The notes under the pieces are model-generated. The model saw nothing but the letters and a program-made list of their open reading frames with translations. It was not told the DNA's origin and did not search any database. A stretch of 64,000 nt of DNA, taken from positions 124,001 through 188,000 of the forward strand of contig CP120461.1 of assembly GCA_034226945.1 (NCBI GenBank). The letters run 5' to 3'. This DNA comes from Picochlorum sp. SENEW3 (taxonomy: Eukaryota). The position numbers and the translations under genes are program-made. Every line of letters starts with the position of its first letter. Position 1 is the stretch's first letter. Shown one piece after another: positions 55,026 through 64,000 of this stretch.

Positions 55026-56531
55026 TTAGAAACGTGACAGATAGAGCGTTGCATCCGACGTCACTGCACAAAACATGTCCACATCTCCTGGTGCCTGTGC
55101 CACACCAATCCATCGGGAATTTCCTCTAAAAGATGCAGAAACACGGCTCTGTCTCATTGTTTCGGCAATGGATCCAACTTCCGTTACGGGCCCAGCAGCC
55201 CTACCAGCTGCTGCCTGCTGTTTCTGAACATTTGACTGAAATGCTTTGGAGACATTATGAAACCAAGCACCACACGCGAGCTCATAATCGAGTCCTCCAA
55301 CAATACAATACCGAGGATTTGATCTCATAAAATGCAAGGAGGTTATCTCGTATTTGGAGCAATGCGTCCATCTATCCACCTTTTTCCACATTCTTGGATC
55401 CCAAACACAGACGTCTCTATCTTCCCCTGCTGCCCCCAGGAGAGGACAGTCCCGACTTGTCGCTGCAATGGTGTACAAATGGCCCCCATATGGGCCTGTA
55501 TTCAGTCGATTCACCCGAGCACCAGTGCCACCGATGCGTAAATCCCAGATCGTGACAATATTTCCCTCTGCAACCCCCAAGAGCGGTGCTCCATCTCCTG
55601 TCTCCGCTTCAGAGACATCTGACGACAACAGCAACACATCATTGGGATTATACAAGGTACTAAACCTTCTCATTGGTATACTTTCATCGAAAACAGTGAC
55701 ATCTTTGGGAAAATGCCTTGCTATGGCAACAATATTTCTAGAGCACGGTGAGACAACACCTCCAGTCCATCCTGCTTCCCGCACCAACGCACCATCTTCA
55801 GGCTGAAGCGTGTACATGGAACGTACACCAACATCATTGTCATTACATTCCCCGTCAAGCACGGTGCAAAGAGCTCTCCCATACATATCCGTGCTTATCA
55901 TGGTGCTCTCTCCAGACGACTCTGGTGCCGAAATATGCAAACTTTGGATTTCTGACTGCATCTGCAATGAAGGCAACGCTTTACATTCCACACGCTTCCC
56001 CTCAGATGCTACTGTTGGAAGATACACACCACCCTTGCCTCTTCTCAGCATGCCCGCTCCGTTCGCCTCAGACCCACCCAAAACATCATCACTGTCAACG
56101 ACAAACACCTGCTTCCCAGAGGACACAAAAATCCTTTGCTGCCCCCCACTCAAACCTTGTATCGCTACTCTATTTCCATGCATACTACCAGGAGATATAT
56201 CTTTTCCCCCAACATCTAATTCGCACTGAACCAGCTGAGACAATTCCGGAACAGTCTGCTGCACATCTGGGCGTGCCAGGTACCTCAAAACATTCATCCT
56301 CGCCTGCTTCAATTTCTTCGACCCCTTAGTACACAAACTACTGTCTGCATCAACAACTCGTGGAGATGCAGTACTATGTGATGCTATTCTCTGTCGCTTC
56401 CCACAACAAGGCTCAGCAGTTTCTAGCTGCCCAGAACCCTCTTGTACTCCCATCCCATCGCCGAACGAATGTCGACATATTCCCTTGGATTCTGATTTAT
56501 TTTTACTACCTGATGAAAATCCTTCTGGCAT
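55026..56531 (-). CDS. WD40-repeat protein of unknown function
   Basis: VTIWDLR and VCVWDPR repeats in a 501-aa ORF. Confidence 0.75.
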   Translation of the reverse strand: MPEGFSSGSKNKSESKGICRHSFGDGMGVQEGSGQLETAEPCCGKRQRIASHSTASPRVVDADSSLCTKGSKKLKQARMNVLRYLARPDVQQTVPELSQLVQCELDVGGKDISPGSMHGNRVAIQGLSGGQQRIFVSSGKQVFVVDSDDVLGGSEANGAGMLRRGKGGVYLPTVASEGKRVECKALPSLQMQSEIQSLHISAPESSGESTMISTDMYGRALCTVLDGECNDNDVGVRSMYTLQPEDGALVREAGWTGGVVSPCSRNIVAIARHFPKDVTVFDESIPMRRFSTLYNPNDVLLLSSDVSEAETGDGAPLLGVAEGNIVTIWDLRIGGTGARVNRLNTGPYGGHLYTIAATSRDCPLLGAAGEDRDVCVWDPRMWKKVDRWTHCSKYEITSLHFMRSNPRYCIVGGLDYELACGAWFHNVSKAFQSNVQKQQAAAGRAAGPVTEVGSIAETMRQSRVSASFRGNSRWIGVAQAPGDVDMFCAVTSDATLYLSRF

Positions 56532-57039
56532 CGAGCGTTGTCTACGCTACAGAATTCCAAATTGAAAAAGGCTCAAGTGCATGCAACATGTGTATTCACA
56601 GCCCCTTCATACCCTGCCCTGCGAGATCTTGAAACGAAATTCAACTGAAAACTTTTAAAAGGATTTTAACTCCGGTATCTCTATGAATCGAAGATGGGAT
56701 ACCATTCAGGCTGTTCAATTCCTTATATAGATACATTCAGTAATATCTCTCAGACCCAATGTCCCCCATGCTTTGTATTCCTTCTTGGTGCAAACTACCG
56801 TCAGTAAAATTAGTATGTATACTTATTTGACCTATTAAGGTGATAGAAGGGGGCGAAAAGGTAGTGTAGTACGCGAGTCGTGGCATCGCCGTTGACAGTT
56901 GGTTGCAACAATTTCGCACTCAGATTCTCTGTCCACGGATTTCCCTACATAAGAGTTCACAGATATCAGAAATGAATATTACTTCTATTACCAGGCTTTG
57001 TGGTGCATAGATTGCGGAGATTTACGATTTATTTCAGCA

Positions 57040-60000
57040 ATGGTGTCGCGAGAAGGGCGAGAATTGTTACTGCAATACTCTCGTTTCAAGGCTTCGTCTG
57101 CCCAAGATGCAACAAAGATTGAAGATGATTCAGAAAGTGGGGTTGTTTTGGATCCTCAGGTGGTGCTGAAGGAAATTGGTCAAATCGTACCTGGGCACAG
57201 ATCGAGTCGTGTGACTCGTGATGACATTATGCTGTGTTATAAGGTTGTCAAGTTGATTGAGCAACCGTCATCTGGGGTTTTGTGCAGTCTGGCTCTGTAC
57301 AAGGCTTGCTGTGGATTGGAAAAGAGTGTCGTGTCAGAGCTGTATGGGTCTGCAGTGATTGGGTCTCTTCTGTTGGCTGGTATTGGTCTTTCGAAATGCA
57401 TCGATACAGATATTGGTTCTGTTAAAATGTATACAGAAGAGTTTCTGGGAGCCGTTGAGGATGCTGTGGAGAGATTGTCGGGACCTGAAGGAGGTGTTTG
57501 GGACCAGTATGGTATGACGCTGTTCAAGTCGATGAACAAGTTGGCAGTGGGGCTGTTGACTCAGAATGAGCAAGATTTGTCTCTGGATGTCTGTAAGCGT
57601 GGGATTTTGAGTGTTGCTGGAGTGTGTCATGCAGCGTTGCCGAGAGGATTGAAGGCAGTTGTTGGGATCTCGCAGCATATCTGTGGAGACTCGAAAAGGC
57701 TTGATCTAATGGTTCGCGCCATGGATGTTGGGATTTGTGGGATTCGAGAGGATATTGATGCGGTCAATGGGCGAGGATTGGCAAGCAGCGGTAATGATGA
57801 TGATGTATCTGGTTGTGTGAGTATGCTTGAGCAGAGCATGTCCTGTGCTCGGCGAGTTCTCGTGAGTATACTGGACCAGGACAATATTGAAGCATTTTGG
57901 AGCGATTTTGAGTTTGATAGGATGGATGTAGTGCTGCGTTTGTCATCATGCGTCGAGTTGATCTGTGGAACTTGTAGTGGGACTCTTCATGCAGCAGTTG
58001 CTGCTCTTGCTGCCATGAGCCGAATGCTTTCTTACGAGGACTGGGATGTATATAATACGGGTGGTCGCTACATTTGCTTGGTGAAAAAGGTGCTCGGCAT
58101 AGATGTCCACAGCAGCTCATCGAGTCTCAGCCATTGGACGGATTGTAAAGATGCTGTTCGAGAACTTTATTGGTTCGCTGGGGTTGTTCGTAGACGTGCA
58201 GAGAATTTGATCGATGGCACGTGCGATGAGAGTAGAATTGACATGGTCTTAGACATGCTTTGGGGATCTTTAGCATCTTGCATTGTGGCTGAGAAGCATA
58301 TGAACAGTGGTGCTGTGAAAGCCTCGCACGAGTTGGCTCAGCAGGCAAGATGCTTGATGTTCCTTGCATTTCAGAGTCCAAAACATCATGGTATAGTGCG
58401 TCAAACATTTATTGCTTGTGCATGCCTTGCGTGGAACCTGCAGATGCCAGAATATGTGACACAGTTGTTTGCTCTTGCCATCAGCCATGTTGCAATGACA
58501 GAATTAAAGAATAACGATATGATGGATTTCTCCAGCCTTATAGAAGAACTCGAAATATATACCAAAAAGCATAAAGTGCAGGGTGGCCTTGTAGAGCATG
58601 CAATTAGGGATTGTATTGCGACATTTTCACAGTGTGGGTCTGAAAGTAGCACAACGACGTTTCAATCTCAAGTTCAACAGATTGTCGCGGTAGCCAAACG
58701 AATTTTCAATCCAGGGAAATGTGCTGACCAATATGTTCGTATCATGTTGTCATGCTACGAATATAAAGATGTGTTCCCAGACTTGTTTTCAGCAGAGGAA
58801 TTTTCTTGTGATTTGAAACAGTGTCTTGAGAAGACAAAAACCAAGATTGGGAAGAAGCGCATCGAGGATATCATATCTGTGATTGATATACTGCAAATAA
58901 AGGAAGGTGTTGGGCGTCTGCTAAAGGAATCCGCAGAACATCAGGCACATATTGTGGCTATGCGGCGAAAGAAGCTGACAGAAAACCCTGCTTTGGTTCA
59001 TGCTGAAGAAATCAGTTCCATGGAAAGCGAGTACATTGATTACATGCTCTCGACTAAAGAATCGTGGGATAATACCATTCGAATTGCTCATGAGATGGTT
59101 CACATCAGCAAACGAGTGAACACATTGTCATCACATGGCTGTGTGGCAGACCAATTGGAGGCTCTCATCCATCTGCATGATCCCATCAATCCAGATTTGT
59201 CAGGTTTCTGGGAGCATTTATTCAACCCATATAAATATGGTTGCATTGAAATGAATCACATCGTTGGTGAAATCCGGAAGGGCAGTGCAGCAGATTCTCT
59301 AGCACTGTTTGATTTGCACATGGCAGGGAGCAGGTTCCATGCCATGCACGGAGAGCCACGGGTGGCACTTTTCCATGCAATCGAGGCGCACCGTTATATC
59401 TCTCTCAAGACAGTGGCACGAGAAGGCATTTATGGGATGAGTAACGGAGCAGGAGGACAATGGTGGTCACTGATTTCTCGACACTTGTGTGCTGTCTCCT
59501 GGCTAGGATTCTTGTTTGCTACTTGCGGAATGTACGAGGAGGCTATCCAATCCTACAAGGAGGGACTGAAATACGTACGTCTTCAGATATCATATGTTGC
59601 ATCATAATTCGATGAATGCTCATTCAGAGCTTTTTGTGTGCAGGCTTGTTTGGTTGGCTGTTTGATGGCATCAGCATACTTCTCCATGTCTTTGGCAGAG
59701 TTGTATTATGATGCAGGCGACTTTAGCAGATTTAATCAACTCAAGAGTAAATCTATCAAGATTGTGACCGCATGTGGGCAACGAGCGGGCCCGGTTTTTA
59801 TCTGTTTGAAGGCACAACTTGAGTCGCTCACTGGGTTGAGTTATAGGAAGTCGCTGCGTTTTGAGGATGCGGCACAGAAAATATTCCAAGCAACAAAGTC
59901 TCTTGATGAGATACAGACCGATAGTTGGTACGAACAACGAATAAGAGCGTTTTGTGCACTGGAAGAGCTGAACATTATGGTTGATGAGAAACCCTCAGAT

Positions 60001-62319
60001 TTTGTGTTCAAGCATTTGGATAGCCGCAAGGAGCTCATAGTCTCTTCCACATCACACCCATTCTTGCTGGGAACGCCTTTTTATAAGCTCATATTACTTC
60101 AAGCTCAGTTACTAAGTCAATCGTTCTTTAAAAGGCGCGAAAAGCTGGGTCCTCGGCTTTGGACTGCAGAAGTGTCACAGCATGGGGAGTCTGAAGGTGA
60201 TATCAGGATGCTGTGGACATTGCATCATGACGCGAGCCCATCTCCATTCTGCCAACGAGTCATTGGACTTTTGTTGGCTCCCATGTGTGCTTCACGAGGA
60301 TATCGATATACCTCTGCGGCACTCCTGCATTCGTCCTCAAATGCAACACTTCAATTTCAACAAGAGTTGGTAGGCTTGACAAAACATTTTCAGAAATTGC
60401 TAAAGGATCCAAACGGTGTTTACCAAGTGCCAGAAAAATATTTGAACACCGGAGGTTTTAGCCATGATATCAGAGAACGTAAAGGCATGGAGCACATGGA
60501 GTTGGTTGCCCAACAGTTGGTATATGGTTGGCTTGAGCAGCTGCCCAGTCTTGTCATCTGTGGAGTGTCCGTGTACTCCAGTGCCATTTATGGACGCATG
60601 GAAACTTTTAAAGACAAGATAGTGTTACACAGGATACGAAAAGGTCAAATTCCAATAATGGTTGAAATTCCTTCTCCTGAAGTTGAATCCAACCACCCAA
60701 TCCAGATGCTACATGGCACCAAGTCCTGTGGGAGTCTTCAGCTGCTCAGGGATAAATTTCAAGACATACTCCACCGCAGTAATGCTAATATGAAATCCAT
60801 TTCATCCCAATCCATAGGTTCCCGTGATCAAAGGATTTGGTGGGAGGAAAGGGTCGACCTGGACAACAGCATGCAGAATCTCTTACAAGAGCTTCAGTCA
60901 GATTGGATTGGTCCATGGAAATGCCTGTTCAGGGACGTCAGTTTCGTAAAAGAAGAGACAGAATGCGTTGAAAACGATGAAGTTGGTTTACTGGCAGCCC
61001 TCTTATCACTTGAGAGACAATCACTTGGCCGGAAAGATTTCGAGATTATATCTAGCATGATTACTAGGGCACTCGGGTCAAAGAGCCAGGACGGTTGTCT
61101 CGACATCTCCTCAGGTGATGCATTGGCTGCACTCTTTCGCAAACTAGATATTGGAAAGATAGCATCTGACAATTCTGTCTGTCGGAAAGTCTCATTTAAA
61201 GATGAGGCTCCAAAGTCTCCAGAACTCGTGACAGTTCTTCGCTCAGACAACCTTGGCGATATATCAGATCAATTCTCAAGTTTCCACATCAAAGAAGAGG
61301 AAAATAGCCACAAGACAGTTCCAGAAACCCCAGGGAATTTGCAGTCAGTTGGTGCACAGTCTGGGGTTGCTACAACTGTGAAAAAGAAGAAGCACAAGTC
61401 TAGACTGGCACAGATGCATGCAATGGCCACTCCAGGACCGAGGCGTGCACTCGGACCTCATAATGGCTCAGTAGCAGGAGCCTGGAAGACTCCTCGGACA
61501 GCGGCAAAAGAAACAACTTCTGTTACTCCCCTGATGGATACTGTCAAGACTGCCCCTCGATTGCGTACAAGCAAACCCAATAGTCTAGAATCCAGCAGTA
61601 GCATCCCTGTGGCTTTAATTTTGGACCATGCTGTTCAGTGCCTTCCTTGGGAGAGCTCATTTTCCTGCGTTCAGGACGGCGTGTGGGAATTTTATCGGCT
61701 GCCTTCGCTGCCAATTTTTTGCGACACAAAATCTCGAAAGGAAGCAATTTGTGTAGACTCGTGCTACTATGCAATCAACCCCGAAGGTGATCTTAAGTCA
61801 ACGCAACAGACTTTTGAGAAATGGTTCAGAGAATTGAAGGGATGGACAGGAAAGGCCGGCTCGCCTCCTAATGCACAAGAACTCTCAAGTGCTCTCCAGG
61901 AAAAGGATCTATTTATATATTGTGGGCATGGTGCTGGAGAGCAGTACATTCCTATTCCACGCCTGCGTTCGTTAGAATCTTGTGCATCTTCCCTTCTGAT
62001 GGGTTGTAGCAGCGGTAGATTGAGATGGAACAGTGATGGACTGTATGAAGCATCTGGCGTCATTCTTGCCTACATCATTGCGGGCTGCCCAGCAGTTATA
62101 GGAAACCTGTGGGATGTCACTGACAAAGACATTGATAGGTACTGTCAGGAAATTGTCACGAAATGCATCTCATCTTGCTCGACGACATCCTCAGAGGACG
62201 GCAAGGGGCAGCACATGTCCATTGGCCAAGTGACACAAACATCTCGCCACGCCTGCAAACTCCCCTACCTCATTGGCGCAGCTCCAGTATGCTATGGAAT
62301 ACCAGTTCATTTTCGCTAA
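57040..62319 (+). CDS. ESP1: Separase (peptidase C50), intron 59575-59643
   Basis: WWEERVDLD, CLPWES, RLPS, INPEGDL, YCGHGAG (His), LMGCSSG (Cys) and GNLWDVTDKDID motifs. The two ORFs join by TAC|gtacgt...gcag|GCT. Confidence 0.94.
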
Positions 62320-62374
62320 TTCATTGACGTTTGGATTTACATACATATGGTACTTGAATGAATATATACGAATG

Positions 62375-62965
62375 CTACTGTAAATCACCCATGTCTCCGG
62401 CCTCATCCTCATCACTTGATGACAAGAACCCATCTGACTCATCCTCATCCTCCTTCCCATCCTTATCCTGTGGCAACTGACCAGTCCTGTTCAACCTCGT
62501 CACATCATCCGGCTGCGCATACTTTTTCACATACTCGATCACCTTTCTCTTGTACGCCTCTGGATCCCTCATATGCAATGCTGCAGCTTCCCCATTCAAC
62601 GGATCCGATGGATTCGGATACAACAGCAACTGTGGTAAAAATGTCTGAAACACATTGACAAGATCAAACATGGGACTCCACGTTTGATTGATCACATCCA
62701 AGCACACACTCCCAGCCTGCTCATCTATATTTGGATGAAATATTCTATTCACAAACCCAATCGAAGGGGATTTATACGGGTACGCTTCAGGCAATTCTAC
62801 ATGAACCTTCCAAACACCTCCCTCGTACGGACTATCAGGAGGGCCATGAAACTCTACGTGCATATCAGAAACATTGTCCTCTACAAGGTCGACCTGAAAG
62901 TCAGACATCATGAGTTTCATGACATCCATCTCTCGTCGCTTGCTAGGACTCGCTGAAGAAGCCAT
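62375..62965 (-). CDS. Ubiquitin-conjugating enzyme E2 (UBE2H/Ubc8 / plant UBC4-6 class)
   Basis: [13 protein letters not shown] and [26 protein letters not shown] motifs; acidic tail. Confidence 0.94.
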   Translation of the reverse strand: MASSASPSKRREMDVMKLMMSDFQVDLVEDNVSDMHVEFHGPPDSPYEGGVWKVHVELPEAYPYKSPSIGFVNRIFHPNIDEQAGSVCLDVINQTWSPMFDLVNVFQTFLPQLLLYPNPSDPLNGEAAALHMRDPEAYKRKVIEYVKKYAQPDDVTRLNRTGQLPQDKDGKEDEDESDGFLSSSDEDEAGDMGDLQ

Positions 62966-63559
62966 TTGTATTGAAGTATCGTTCTCTCTACTATACCCCC
63001 GCCTAGCGCTGCTCGACTCGGAGGGGTGGATGATTTCAAGCACCTGGATGTGTTCTTTTCCTTCTTCTCTCCCTGTTGCTCTCTAGGCGAGCCTTTCACC
63101 GTTCTATATATTCAAAAATATGTGGGTGCTCAGTTTGTTCAAGGAAACTGTTATGTGAAGGACAACGCGTGAAACTTGTCCTTTATTTTCGGAAGTCAGG
63201 TGGCACATTGTATTAATTCCTTCCGAGGACAGTTTAAGGAATTCAGTATATGGAGCACGTTTTTAAAAACATTTTAAAAAGGAAGCGTCTGGGTGCGTAT
63301 CTGATGCAGAGCCAATGTCTCTATGAATAGCCTTGTAGTTATTAATAAAGACAAAGAAAATTTGGAAAAGTAGTACCGGCGGTGGGGAGTATGAAAGAAT
63401 GAGGACAATACGGTCTGTGTCAAGGAAAAGTTGATTCAAGTAGGTCGCAGTCTTGACGTATACATTGCTGCATCGAGCTCTAAAGACGAATTCCATTTAT
63501 TTACAACGAATTAAACCCCGTGAGGCGTGTATTGGTCGCGGGGAAAAGGGTGAGTCGTC

Positions 63560-64000
63560 ATGGTCAATATCAAGTTGAAGGTGGGTGGGCAGAGAAGGCC
63601 TCGTGACGATGAGGATGAGGATTACGACCCTCTTCAGGAAGAAGATGCTCGTGATAATGACTTTGTGGTGGATGGTGATGAGTTGGAAGAGGAGGACGAC
63701 TTCGATGAGGAGGACCTGTATGATGATGATGATGACGACATTCCTCAGGTGAAGAAGACCACCAAGAAGAAGACAGTGACTCGAAAGACTGCACAGCCAT
63801 CGAGAGGATCTCGGAAAAATGCATTGAGGGGTGCAACTGGTGTTGCTGCATTGAAATCTGAGAGGAAAAGGACGGCAGCCATGATTGAAGACGAGGATTA
63901 TGATTTGGAGGAAGACTTTGATTCTGATCGAGATGCGGAAGAAGGGGCATATGTGCTTGGAGCAGAGGACACGGAATTTCACGATTTTTCTCAGCTTGAT
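63560..64000 (+). CDS. 5' part of a gene with an acidic N-terminus, possibly TFIIH helicase XPB (runs off the window)
   Basis: Frame is open from ATG 63560 to the window end (MVNIKLKVGG...EFHDFSQLD). The last residues resemble the DFxxL-LKPDH start of the XPB conserved region. Confidence 0.5.
   Translation, partial: MVNIKLKVGGQRRPRDDEDEDYDPLQEEDARDNDFVVDGDELEEEDDFDEEDLYDDDDDDIPQVKKTTKKKTVTRKTAQPSRGSRKNALRGATGVAALKSERKRTAAMIEDEDYDLEEDFDSDRDAEEGAYVLGAEDTEFHDFSQLD

Noticed and set aside
10890..62319. DYAD-like, NEDD1-like and separase genes as a cell-division cluster
   Set aside because: Separated by tens of kb of unrelated genes; chance co-location is sufficient.

Overview
Gene-dense eukaryotic nuclear DNA from a green alga with a compact genome. 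It has about 35 genes in 64 kb, few and short GT-AG introns, and convergent stop codons only 2-20 bp apart. Plastid genes (THF1, PSA3, DUF760) sit alongside an animal-type haem-containing sulfite oxidase, so a Picochlorum-like trebouxiophyte is my inference, not a proven assignment. Most genes are housekeeping: pyruvate kinase, proteasome beta2, zeta-COP, NAD kinase, RPB6, AlaRS, V-ATPase a, UXS, separase and an E2 enzyme. The most striking structure is a recent ~1.78 kb tandem duplication (13091-14876 and 15790-17574). It copies a whole GT49/LARGE-like glycosyltransferase plus RPB6 exon 1, and a ~0.9 kb non-coding insert at the junction has Helitron-type termini on the minus strand (A^TC ... 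hairpin-CTAG^T). Other points of interest: a BAH + DYAD/SWI1 fusion protein, a strongly folding minus-strand leader or ncRNA upstream of pyruvate kinase, tandem GH5 glucanases, clustered TCGAAC motifs in promoters of cell-surface genes, and a putatively myristoylated O-methyltransferase with a GTAC cluster upstream. All identifications come from motif recognition by eye; no database searches were run.
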